This document shows, in pieces, positions 10,394 through 19,680 of a stretch of DNA of 64,000 nucleotides. The notes under the pieces were generated by a model. The model had not been told where the DNA came from and searched no databases. It saw nothing but the letters and a program-made list of their open reading frames with translations. Position numbers and translations under genes: made by a program. The stretch comes from Chloroflexota bacterium (GTDB lineage Bacteria; Chloroflexota; Anaerolineae; Aggregatilineales; UBA3940). The stretch is taken from positions 106,869 to 170,868 of the forward strand of contig JAZIGM010000053.1 of the NCBI GenBank assembly GCA_036679085.1, read 5' to 3'. Each line of letters begins with the position of its first letter. Position 1 is the first letter of the stretch.

Positions 10394-11254
10394 CTACCCC
10401 CGCGGCGGACCGGCGACGATTCGCGCGCGCATCCGTTCGAGCGCGTCCTCGCCCGGCTGCACGACAGGCGGCAGCCCGTGTATGCTCTCCATCCACCACG
10501 TCGCGCCCGCGTCGGCATACTCAGCGACGAGTTCAGCGCCGCGTGCCGGGTCATCCCCCGGCGTGTGGCCTGTCGCCACCACGTCGAACGGCGCGTCCGG
10601 CTCCCGGCGCTCTCGGATGAAGGCGACGATCTCGGCGATGTCCTCCGGGCTGAGCAGGTCTTCAGGCCCGCCGCCCGGCGCCATGGGGAAGACGCCGTCC
10701 CAGCGCGCCGCCCGCTCAAACGGCTTCCTGTTAGGCCACGTCCCGCCGACCCATACCGGGATGCGCGGCTGCTGGCAGGGCGCGGGCAGGAAGTGCAGAT
10801 CACGCACCCGGAAGTACTCGCCCTCGTAGCTGAACGGCTCGCCGCGCCACAGCCCGGTAATAATGTCGAGCGCCTCGTCGAGCATCTCGCCGCGCACGCG
10901 GGCACTCGCCTCCACGCCGAGTGACGCCAGTTCCTCGCCCACACCGATCACCCCGCCGACGGTCAGCCGCCCGCCGGAAAGATGGTCTAACTCGATGGCC
11001 TCCCGCGCGAACTTCGCGGGGTGGCGGCGCGGCAGCGGCGTCATCAGCGCACCGAAGCGAATGCGCCCGGTCGCCAGCGCAATCGCGGCGAGCGCGACAG
11101 TCACATCGGCGAACGGAATGGGCCAGCCCATCGACATGTGATCCCAGATGAAGAAGCCGTCCCAGCCTGCCTGCTCCGCCTCCCGCGCGAGGTCGGCCAA
11201 CCCCCGCGCATCCAACCCCGACCCAAAGTTAATGATCGAGATGCCGTACTTCAT
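10394..11254 (-). CDS. Luciferase-like (LLM class, probably F420-dependent) oxidoreductase
   Basis: 286 aa. N-terminus MKYGISIINFG....LADLAREAEQAGWDGFFIWDH is typical of the LLM family. Confidence 0.75.
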   Translation of the reverse strand: MKYGISIINFGSGLDARGLADLAREAEQAGWDGFFIWDHMSMGWPIPFADVTVALAAIALATGRIRFGALMTPLPRRHPAKFAREAIELDHLSGGRLTVGGVIGVGEELASLGVEASARVRGEMLDEALDIITGLWRGEPFSYEGEYFRVRDLHFLPAPCQQPRIPVWVGGTWPNRKPFERAARWDGVFPMAPGGGPEDLLSPEDIAEIVAFIRERREPDAPFDVVATGHTPGDDPARGAELVAEYADAGATWWMESIHGLPPVVQPGEDALERMRARIVAGPPRG

Positions 11255-11336
11255 GCGTTGCCTTCCTGATGCGTGCGTTAATAAGGCGACTCCCTACACT
11301 CTATTACGCACAGGTGTGTTGTCGGGTTCAAGGCAG

Positions 11337-11358
11337 CAAAAACCCCGCCAGGCGGGGG
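11337..11358 (-). terminator. Intrinsic terminator after the P450 gene
   Basis: On the minus strand, CCCCGC-loop-GCGGGG is followed by TTTTTG. Confidence 0.6.
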
Positions 11359-11395
11359 TCCGTTTCAAAAATCCGCTTGCCGAACCGATTTGACA

Positions 11396-11455
11396 GTAGG
11401 GGCGGGTGTGGTGCGCGATGCTTCGCATCGACTGCATCATTAGACCCGCCCCTAC
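11396..11455 (+). repeat. Long-loop variant of the GTAGGGGCGGG...CCCGCCCCTAC hairpin with nested CGATGCTTCGCATCG hairpin
   Basis: Near-identical direct copy at 12979-13039 on the other side of the P450 gene. Confidence 0.85.
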
Positions 11456-11475
11456 CTCTGGTCTTTCGCACACCT

Positions 11476-12876
11476 CTATCGCCGCTCCAGCAGCATCCAC
11501 GGGCCTTCCTTCGGCTGGAGCGTGCCCATCAGCCGCAGGTCGATCGGCTGGCCCGGCACCAGCCGGGGCGCGTACCGCTGCGCGATCAGCGCGAGCACAA
11601 GCTGCGCCTCCATCAGCGCGAAGTGCTGCCCGATGCACACGCGCGGGCCGCCCCCGAACGGCAGATAGGCCCAGCGCGGGCGATCCTGCGCGCCCCCCTC
11701 CGAGAAGCGCTCAGGCCGGAAGACCTCCGGCTCGTCCCAGTAGGTCGGGTCATGGTGCATGAAGTAGAAGGACAGCATCAGCATACTGTCCGCCGGGATG
11801 GTGTAGCCGCCGATCACGTCCTCTTCGATGGACTGCCGCCCCGTCATCCACACGGCGGGGTACATGCGCAGCGTCTCCTCGATGACCATCCGCGTGTAGG
11901 CAAGCGTATCGAGGTCCGCGAAGGTGGGCGCGCGCCCGCCGAGCACATCGTCAAGCTCTGCGTGCAGCCGCGCCTCGATCTCCGGGTGCTGCGACAGCAG
12001 ATACCACACCCACGTCAGCGTGTTGGCTGTCGTCTCGTGCCCGGCGAGGAACATCGTCATGACCTCGTCGCGAAGCTGCTGGTCGCTCATGCCCTCGCCG
12101 GTGTCCTCATAACGCACGTTGATCAGCATCGAGAGCAGGTCGCCGGTCGGGTCATAGCCGTCCTCGGTGCGGCTGACCAGCGCGCGCCGCTCGTCGATGA
12201 AACGGTAGACGACCTCGTCCAGTGTGGCGAGGGCCTCGCGCAGACGGCGGTTGCGGGCCGTCGGCAGCCATTCCGGCATGGAGAACGGCGTGATCGACCG
12301 CTCGACGAGCGTGAGCAGCGCGTAGTCGAGCGCCTCGCCCGCGCGGATCGTCTCCTCGCGGCTGATGCTCGTGCTGAACATCGCCTGCACGATTACCGAC
12401 TGCGTGATCTGCCGCATCTCGTACATCATGTTGACCGGCTGGTCCGGCGGCTGCGCCTCCCAGCGATCGACCACCATCTGCGCCGCTTCGACCATCACGT
12501 CGGCCAGCCCGGAGAGCTTCGGACGGTAAAAGGCCGGCTGCATCAGCCGGCGCTGCGTAAACCAGAAGTCGCCCTCGCTGAGAAAAAGCCCGTTGCCGAG
12601 CAGCGGACGGATGCTGTCCAATTGTTCGCCCTTGACGTAGTTGCGGTAGTTGTCCAGCAGGACGTGCTTGATCAGCTCCGGGTCGGTGAGCAGGTAGGCC
12701 CTCTGCATCCCCAGGTCCATCTCGACGATGCCACCGATCTGTGCCGCCTCACGGTAGGTGCCCATCATGTCGCGCATCAGGCGCGGGATCAGCCCGACGA
12801 GCGGGTAGCCCTTCGGCCCCGGCGGAACCTGCCGGGCAGGCTGTGCTTCACGGATATTTGTCAGATTACTCATCAA
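11476..12876 (-). CDS. Cytochrome P450
   Basis: 466 aa with FGGGPRVCIGQHFA heme-thiolate loop, LAGHETT I-helix and EETLRMYP (ExxR). Confidence 0.95.
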   Translation of the reverse strand: MMSNLTNIREAQPARQVPPGPKGYPLVGLIPRLMRDMMGTYREAAQIGGIVEMDLGMQRAYLLTDPELIKHVLLDNYRNYVKGEQLDSIRPLLGNGLFLSEGDFWFTQRRLMQPAFYRPKLSGLADVMVEAAQMVVDRWEAQPPDQPVNMMYEMRQITQSVIVQAMFSTSISREETIRAGEALDYALLTLVERSITPFSMPEWLPTARNRRLREALATLDEVVYRFIDERRALVSRTEDGYDPTGDLLSMLINVRYEDTGEGMSDQQLRDEVMTMFLAGHETTANTLTWVWYLLSQHPEIEARLHAELDDVLGGRAPTFADLDTLAYTRMVIEETLRMYPAVWMTGRQSIEEDVIGGYTIPADSMLMLSFYFMHHDPTYWDEPEVFRPERFSEGGAQDRPRWAYLPFGGGPRVCIGQHFALMEAQLVLALIAQRYAPRLVPGQPIDLRLMGTLQPKEGPWMLLERR

Positions 12877-12978
12877 TCGTTATCTACTTTGTCACTTCTC
12901 TCACAATAAACACTTGATCGAGTGTAACGGGTGGGAGATGGGAAATCTAGCCACATCTGAGATCTTGTCCAAATACCC

Positions 12979-13039
12979 GTAAGGGGCGGGTGTGATGCGC
13001 GATGCTTCGCATCGACTGCATCGTTAGGTCTGCCCCTGC
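12979..13039 (+). repeat. Long-loop hairpin repeat (second copy)
   Basis: GTAAGGGGCGGGTGTGATGCGCGATGCTTCGCATCGACTGCATCGTTAGGTCTGCCCCTGC; compare 11396-11455. Confidence 0.85.
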
Positions 13040-13061
13040 TGTCTGTCTCATTCTGATAACC

Positions 13062-13090
13062 GTAGGGGCGGGTCTGAGACCCGCCCCTAC
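13062..13090. repeat. GTAGGGGCGGGTCTGAGACCCGCCCCTAC perfect palindromic hairpin
   Basis: 13-bp arms with a 3-nt loop. Identical copies at 8579, 27903 and 44591; near copy at 21733. Confidence 0.9.
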
Positions 13091-13135
13091 CCACGAGGCA
13101 GTGTCATGATCCACCTGCCGGGGCGGCACTGCTCC

Positions 13136-14549
13136 TCACCCCTTCCCCACCGGTACGTCGAACACAAACGCCGTCTCGCCCTGCCCCGTCTCAACCCGGA
13201 TGCGCCCGCCGTGCAGATGCACCAGTTCTCGCGCAATGGCGAGGCCCAGCCCCGCCCCGCCGCCGTCGCGCTGGCGAGACTCGTCCGCCCGCCAGAAGCG
13301 GTCGAACACGTGCTCGGCCTCCTCTGCCGTGAGCGTCTGGCCGGTGTTGCGCACGGAAAACTGCACGCGGTCCCCGGCCTGCGCCACACCCAGCCGGATC
13401 TCGCCGCCGGGCGGCGTGTGTCGCAGCGCATTGCCGAGCAGGTTGGCGAGCACCTGATGCAGCCGGTCGGCGTCCGCGCGGACGGTCGGCAGCCCCGGCT
13501 CGATCTCTACGGCGAGCGCCAGCCCTGCATCCTGCACCAGCGGCTCGAACAGCGCCGCCGCGCGGCTGGCGAGGCTCGCAGGGTCGAGCGGCTGCATGGC
13601 AAGCGGCAGGTGCCCGGTTTCGGCGCGGGTGAGCGTGTGCAGGTCGTCCACCAGCCGCGCGAGATGCAGCGTCTGCTCGTAGACCGCCGCCACGTGCGCA
13701 GTGTCGGTCGGGTACACACCGTCGAGCATGGCCTGAAGCTGCGCACGCATTACGCTGATGGGCGTGCGCAGTTCGTGCGCGATGTCCGCCGTGAGCCGGA
13801 CGCGCTGCGCCTCGGCCTTCTCCAGCGCCGCCGACATCTCGTTGAAGGTGCGGGCCAGCGTGTTGATCTCCGCCGCAGGCCCGACCGGCAGCGCCACCTG
13901 CTCGCCGAGCTTCCCCGCGGCGACCGCCCGCGCCGCCCCCGTCAGCCGCGCGAGGGGCCGTGTGATCACCTGGCTGATCGCCACGCCGACGATCAGCGCC
14001 AGCCCGGCGGCGATCAGCCCGGCGATCACCAACGTGCGCCGCACCTGCCGCAGAAAGCCCGCCTGCGCCGTATCGAGCAGCACCTGTGCCGGCTGCTGCA
14101 CCACCAGCCAGCCAACCGTTTGGCCGTTGACCTGCACGGGCGTCGCCCGCTCACGCTCGGCAGGCGCCAGCGTCGGGCCGATGCTCACCGGCTCGGTCCC
14201 GGCGATCAGGCTACCGTTCTCATCGTACAGCGCATAGCGGATGCCGCCCATACCCGCGCCCATCATGCCGCCCATGCCATGTCGCTGGCCCTGCCCCGGC
14301 CCCGTCCCACGCCCGCCAGGCGAGGGGCCATTGCCGCCGAGCAGCAGCGTTTCTACGCCCGCCCATGAGCCGTTCTCGGCGTAATACTGCGTGAGCAGTT
14401 CCACCGCCCGCTCGGTCGCGGCGCGGCTGGTCTGCACGCCGACATAGCCGCGAAACTGCGTCTCGACGGTGCGCGACATCACCAGCGCGACAATCGCCAC
14501 GGCGACGAGCGCCACCAGCAGGAAGGCGGCAGTCAGCCGCACCCACAGC

Positions 14550-14557
<8 letters not shown>
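13136..14557 (-). CDS. Sensor histidine kinase (TM-HAMP-HisKA-HATPase)
   Basis: Start set at ATG 14557 (MNRLWVRLTAAFLLVALVAV), which overlaps the regulator stop (ATGAATAG). H-box HELRTPIS, N-box LLGNALRHT, G-box GGAGLGLAIAREL. Confidence 0.9.
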
Positions 14558-15239
<682 letters not shown>

Positions 15240-15483
15240 GCTCCCCTGCCTGATACGTGTATCACGTTCGCCCCCAGTGTAACCCGCAATTGTGAGGAAA
15301 GTGTGAAGGCGAGACTGCCCGGGAATGATGGTCTTAACAATTTAACTCGGCAACTATACAGGCTTTACCTGCCGAACCCCCTCCGGCGGGCTGGCATAAG
15401 CGACCCCGCCACCTACCCCTTGGAAGGGGGAGATTCAACCGAATTCTTGGGCCACAAGGCGACTGCGGCGGATTTCGCCCTCT

Positions 15484-15566
15484 GGGGCGCCGTCCCCTCT
15501 GAGGACGGGAGTGCCCGACAGGGCACTTTGCGGGATTGCTTCGCAATTCCTTTTAGCCGGGGAATT
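15484..15566 (+). repeat. Four-hairpin composite repeat (copy 1)
   Basis: GGGGCGCCGTCCCC...GTGCCCGACAGGGCAC-TTTGC-GGGATTGCTTCGCAATTCC-TTTTAG-CCGGGGAATTAATTCCCCGG. Colinear with 44691-44780, with compensatory stem changes. Confidence 0.85.
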
Positions 15567-15673
15567 AATTCCCCGGCAGGCTTTCCGGCGAGTTCTCCCC
15601 CTCGACCATCCTCCCGCTTCTGGGTTATGATAACTCCATCACGCTCGCGGTTGGCCATCATGAGGAGATAGCT

Positions 15674-16228
15674 ATGCAGATCGAAGAGGCTCAACGCGAG
15701 GTCAGAACCCGCCTTATGGGCGGGTTTGCCGGGCAGCTTGTGTCCGGCGCGCTGTGGCTGGCGTCTGCCGCCGTCAGCACGTGGGGCTCGCGCACGGCAG
15801 GCATGATCGTGCTGTTTGCGGGCGGATTCTTCATCTTCCCACTGACCCAGCTGCTCATCCGCCTGATGGGTCGCTCGGCGAAGCTCAGCCCGGAGAACCG
15901 GCTGGAGCACCTCGGCAGGCAGGTCGCCTTTACGCTGCCGCTAACCCTGCCGCTCGTGCTCGCTGCGACGCTGTACGACCCGAACTGGTTTTACCCGGCA
16001 TTTATGATCGCACTCGGCGCGCATTACCTGCCCTTCATCTTCCTGTACGGGATGTGGCAGTTCGGCGTGCTTGCCGGGCTGCTCGTCGGCGGCGGGGCGC
16101 TGCTCGGCCTGTACGGGCCAGACGTGTTCGCGCTGGGCGCGTGGATCACCGGCGTCGTGCTCGTCGTGTTTGCGGTCCTCGGCAGGAGCGTCGTTCTGAG
16201 CGAGGAGCGCGCGAGCGCACTCGCCTGA
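15674..16228 (+). CDS. Polytopic membrane protein, function unknown
   Basis: 184 aa with GAGGAGA RBS and 5-6 hydrophobic segments. Confidence 0.6.
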   Translation: MQIEEAQREVRTRLMGGFAGQLVSGALWLASAAVSTWGSRTAGMIVLFAGGFFIFPLTQLLIRLMGRSAKLSPENRLEHLGRQVAFTLPLTLPLVLAATLYDPNWFYPAFMIALGAHYLPFIFLYGMWQFGVLAGLLVGGGALLGLYGPDVFALGAWITGVVLVVFAVLGRSVVLSEERASALA

Positions 16229-16262
16229 AACCCATTTTCAGCGTCCAGAGTTATGTATTTGA

Positions 16263-16294
16263 GAACCCCCTCCGGCCAGTCGGAGGGGGTTCAC
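16263..16294. repeat. GAACCCCCTCCG...CGGAGGGGGTTC hairpin
   Basis: 12-bp inverted repeat 35 nt after the stop at 16228. Related GGAGGGGGTTC units at 21575, 40915 and 46917. Confidence 0.7.
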
Positions 16295-16326
16295 AGAGTA
16301 AATCGTCAGCAGGAGAGTGATACGGT

Positions 16327-17202
16327 ATGCCCCTCACCTACTCACGCACGTTCCGCGTCCGCTATTACGAGTGCGACGGCTACGGCCATCTGAACAACGC
16401 CAACTACCTGCGCTATATGCAGGAAACCGCCTTCGACGCCAGCGCCGCCGCGGGCTACGACCTGAAGACCTACGACGAGATCGGCGGCTTCTGGCTGATC
16501 CGCGAGACAGACATCGAGTACCGGCAGCCGCTCCGATACGACGACCGGGTCACGATCACGACGTGGGTGGAGGACTTCCGCCGGGCACGCTCGCGGCGCG
16601 TGTATGAGTTTGCGCGGGAGGATGGCACGCTCGCCGCCCGTGCCGTCACCGACTGGGTCTACCTCGACGCGGCCACGCGGCGGCCCGCCCGCATCCCCGA
16701 GGAGATGAAGCGCGCCTTCTTCCCCGACGGGCTACCCGCCGAGCCCGCGCCGCGCGAGCGCTTCCCCGAGGCGCCGCCGCCCCCGCCGGGCGTCTTTACG
16801 ATGCGCCGCCACGTCGAGTGGCGCGACATCGACCCGCAGTGGCACGTCAACAACGCCAACTACCTCGCCTTCTGCGAGGAGGCAGGCATCCGCCTGGCGG
16901 AGACGGTCGGCTGGTCCTTCGAGCGGATGCGCGCAGAGGGCTTCGGCCTCATCGCCCGCCGCACGCGGATCGAGTACCTCACCCCGGCGGTGCTCACCGA
17001 CGAGCTTGACGTGGCGACGTGGGTCTCCAACATGCGGGCGGCGTCCGGCATCCGCCATTACCGGCTGACGCGCGTCTCGGACGGCGAGCTTGTGGCCCGC
17101 GCGCTGACGCACGTCGTCGCCGTGGACGTGGAGACGGGCCGCCCGGTTCGCGTGCCACCGTCCTTCATCGCGGACTTCGCGCCGAACATCGTCAGCGGGT
17201 AG
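16327..17202 (+). CDS. Tandem hotdog-fold acyl-CoA thioesterase (two YbgC/4HBT-like domains)
   Basis: 291 aa. Two internal repeats each carry the ...VxYxECDxxGHVNNANYLxY...-type motif (YECDGYGHLNNANYLRYMQE and DIDPQWHVNNANYLAFCEE). Confidence 0.8.
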   Translation: MPLTYSRTFRVRYYECDGYGHLNNANYLRYMQETAFDASAAAGYDLKTYDEIGGFWLIRETDIEYRQPLRYDDRVTITTWVEDFRRARSRRVYEFAREDGTLAARAVTDWVYLDAATRRPARIPEEMKRAFFPDGLPAEPAPRERFPEAPPPPPGVFTMRRHVEWRDIDPQWHVNNANYLAFCEEAGIRLAETVGWSFERMRAEGFGLIARRTRIEYLTPAVLTDELDVATWVSNMRAASGIRHYRLTRVSDGELVARALTHVVAVDVETGRPVRVPPSFIADFAPNIVSG

Positions 17203-17603
17203 CCCATCCCCTGGCCTGCTGACCAGGTTACAATCCCCCCAGCTTACCAGCGTGCGATCCCGACCTTTGGCGGGTGTGAAATGATGCCTTTTCTTCGATA
17301 CTCTCACTGTGGGGATTTAGTGGTTGAAGCAAATTGTGAGCGGGCTGGAACATTTTCAGGCGTTGTACGTATAGGTAGACAGGAACGGGTTGTACTGGAA
17401 CGCTGAGTGTGGTGTGCAGGTCGCTTCGGGGTGACAGTATCGGTAGGGATGAGAGCGGCGTCGGTAGCTGTGACTGGTAGGAGTGAGGTGTGCTGGTAGG
17501 CAGGCTCGGAGATGGCGGAGAGCATGGGTTGGTAGAAATGGTCCACCCGAGACTGAAACGCTAGGAAGAGCAACAGCATGGAGCGTGATTGTAGCGGTAG
17601 CGA

Positions 17604-17647
17604 TCGGCGGCCCCGTCGAACATAGATGGGGCCGCCGAACTGTTTTT
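17604..17647 (+). terminator. Strong plus-strand intrinsic terminator with no annotated gene immediately upstream
   Basis: TCGGCGGCCCC (17604-14) pairs with GGGGCCGCCGA (17628-38), 11 bp, followed by ACTGTTTTTA. There is no T-run on the other strand. Confidence 0.7.
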
Positions 17648-17660
17648 ATAGAGCCTTGTT

Positions 17661-17694
17661 AACCAGACCCGAGCCGCGAATAAACTTCGCGGCT
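17661..17694. repeat. GCCGCGAA-TAAAC-TTCGCGGC hairpin family (inverted orientation)
   Basis: AACCAGACCCGAGCCGCGAATAAACTTCGCGGCT. Shares the AACCAGACC-GAGCCGCGA prefix with 10297-10320. Confidence 0.8.
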
Positions 17695-17810
17695 TTCTTA
17701 TCTCATCGCAGCGTTACCCACCCATCCGCGCCGCCGGTGTACCCCCGCGCCTATTGCCTCGCCGCGTGCCCATCCGCTACAATTCGACTGCCAGCATATC
17801 AGGAGAAACC

Positions 17811-18596
17811 ATGTCGATACCATCCAGGCCGCCCGTCCAGGCACCCTTAGAGGAGTACGGCGAGCGGTACTTCCAATCCTACAATTACGCCGACCGCGGG
17901 ATGGGCCGCTTCAGCATGTACTGGTTTGCGCGGCGCTATTACGCGCGCCTCGTGCGCCGCTTCGCGCCCGCCCCGGTCACGGGCCGTCTGCTGGAGCTTG
18001 GCTCCGGGCTGGGTCACCTGCTCGGCCTGCTCTCTGACCGCTTCAACTGCGTCGGCGTGGACATTGCCTATTATGCCGCCCAGCAGACGCGGCAGAACGC
18101 CCCTCAGGCGGCGGCGCTCGTCGCCTCTGCCGATCAGCTTGAGGCTTTTGCCGACCGCTCCTTTGATGTCATCGTTGCCCTGCACCTCGTCGAGCACCTT
18201 GTCGACCCGGCGCGCGCGCTGCGCCACATGCAGCGGATGCTCGTACCCGGCGGCCTGCTGCTGTTCGCCACGCCCAACCCGGAGTACGCTCTGCGTCCGC
18301 TCAAGCGCCCCGACGAAACGCCCGACGCGATCTCCAAAGACCCGACCCATATCAACGTGCATCCGCCCGGCGTCTGGCGGGAATGGGCCGGGGCGGCAGG
18401 GCTGCGCGTGCTGAGGCAGTTCGGTGATGGTCTTTGGGACGTACCGTACCTGCCGCTTATCCCCAGGCCGGTGCAGTTTGCTCTGTTCGGCTGGCCCAGC
18501 CTGATCCAGGTGCTCACCGGCACCACGTTCATTCCGGTCGCGCTCGGGGTGAACACCATCACCCTCGCGCGGAAGGAGGAGAGCCTTGAGTCGTAA
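17811..18596 (+). CDS. Class I SAM-dependent methyltransferase with C-terminal hydrophobic segment
   Basis: ATG 17811 sits behind AGGAGA. Motif I LLELGSGLGHL, motif post-I VGVDI, FDVIVALHLVEH. Confidence 0.8.
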   Translation: MSIPSRPPVQAPLEEYGERYFQSYNYADRGMGRFSMYWFARRYYARLVRRFAPAPVTGRLLELGSGLGHLLGLLSDRFNCVGVDIAYYAAQQTRQNAPQAAALVASADQLEAFADRSFDVIVALHLVEHLVDPARALRHMQRMLVPGGLLLFATPNPEYALRPLKRPDETPDAISKDPTHINVHPPGVWREWAGAAGLRVLRQFGDGLWDVPYLPLIPRPVQFALFGWPSLIQVLTGTTFIPVALGVNTITLARKEESLES

Positions 18597-19680
18597 TAAC
18601 ACGTTCCTGACCCTGCTTGGCGCGGGCGCAGGCATCGCGCTCGCCGTGACGGTGGCCCGGCGGCGGCGCATCCGCCGGGCGCTCGATGAGTACGCCGGGA
18701 AGGTGGTGCTGATCACCGGGGCATCGGCGGGGATCGGCGAGGCGCTGGCGCTGGAGTTCGCCCGGCGCGGGGCGCACCTCGTGCTCGCCGCCCGCCGCCA
18801 GAGCCAGCTTGAGCGCATCGCCTCGACCTGCGAGCAGATCAACCCCGGCATTGAGACGCTCGTTGTGCCCACGGACGTGTCCGATGAGGCCCAGCTTGAG
18901 CGGCTGGTCCAGGCCGCCCACGACCGCTTTGGCCGCATCGATGTGCTCGTCAACAACGCGGGGATCATTCAGGGGGCGGAGGTCACCGGTCTGAGCAGGG
19001 AGATGATCGAGCGCACGTTCGCCGTGAACCTGTACGCACCGATCCGGCTGACGCAGCTTGTGCTGCCGGGGATGCTGGAATGTGGCTCCGGGCAGATCAT
19101 TAATATCGGGTCGGTGGCGGGGCTGGCGTCGCTGCCGTACTTCCTCGTTTACGACGTGACGAAGGCCGGTCTGCGGGCGTGGACTGAGGGGCTGCGCCAC
19201 GAGCTGCACGGCACGGGGGTGGAGACGATCCTCGTCGCGCCGGGGTTCGTCGAGACAGATGTCGTCGCCGATATGCACCGCGTCTATCGTGCGATCGGCT
19301 TCTTCAGGCTGCTCTCGCCGCAGACTGTCGCCCGGCGCACGCTGGAGGGCGCGGCGGCAGGCGACCCGGTGGTGCGCGTCGGCTGGATGGAGACGGTCGC
19401 CGGGTATATTACGACGCTGTTCCCCCGCCTGACCGACCTGTACTGGCGGATCGTCCTGCCGATCAGCGGCTACCGCGAGATGGCGATCAAGCACGCGGCG
19501 CACCATCAGCACGCGTTCGCCATCCGTGATGAACAGCACCGCTGCCACCTTCGGATCGCGGAAGTGGATGTAGCCGCACGCCTCGCAGAAGCGGCGCGTT
19601 TTGCCAAACTTGTCGGCGTCGATCAGGGGGTGCCCGCAGCGCGGGCAGTAGTCGAATCGGAAGGGGTCTGCCACGGCTAG
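18586..19680 (+). CDS. Membrane-anchored SDR with an aberrant ~60-aa read-through tail
   Basis: TTG start behind GGAAGGAGGAGAG. ITGASAGIGEALA, NNAG, YDVTKAG. The last ~185 nt (from about 19495) are antisense to a Nudix-type N-terminus and have lower GC3 than the opposite frame. Confidence 0.8.
   Translation: MSRNNTFLTLLGAGAGIALAVTVARRRRIRRALDEYAGKVVLITGASAGIGEALALEFARRGAHLVLAARRQSQLERIASTCEQINPGIETLVVPTDVSDEAQLERLVQAAHDRFGRIDVLVNNAGIIQGAEVTGLSREMIERTFAVNLYAPIRLTQLVLPGMLECGSGQIINIGSVAGLASLPYFLVYDVTKAGLRAWTEGLRHELHGTGVETILVAPGFVETDVVADMHRVYRAIGFFRLLSPQTVARRTLEGAAAGDPVVRVGWMETVAGYITTLFPRLTDLYWRIVLPISGYREMAIKHAAHHQHAFAIRDEQHRCHLRIAEVDVAARLAEAARFAKLVGVDQGVPAARAVVESEGVCHG
19495..19674 (-). pseudogene. 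5' remnant of a zinc-ribbon Nudix hydrolase gene
   Basis: GTG at 19674, 2 nt after the anti-sigma stop. VADPFRFDYCPRCGHPLIDADKFGKTRRFCEACGYIHFRDPKVAAVLFITDGERVLMVRR then loses all Nudix similarity where the frame becomes antisense to the SDR. GC3 in the remnant is very high. Confidence 0.6.

Noticed and set aside
11269-12909. 546-aa plus-strand ORF
   Set aside because: Antisense to the P450 gene (heme loop, ExxR and I-helix are all on the minus strand) and crosses repeat hairpins.
13106-14368. 420-aa plus-strand ORF, and the 400-aa ORF at 14469-15671
   Set aside because: Antisense to the histidine kinase and response regulator genes.
17304-17579. 91-aa minus-strand ORF as a real gene
   Set aside because: Not called. 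It has low GC3 relative to all confident genes, no RBS and no motif, and it is antisense to the region closed by a plus-strand terminator. Kept as part of a finding rather than as a feature.
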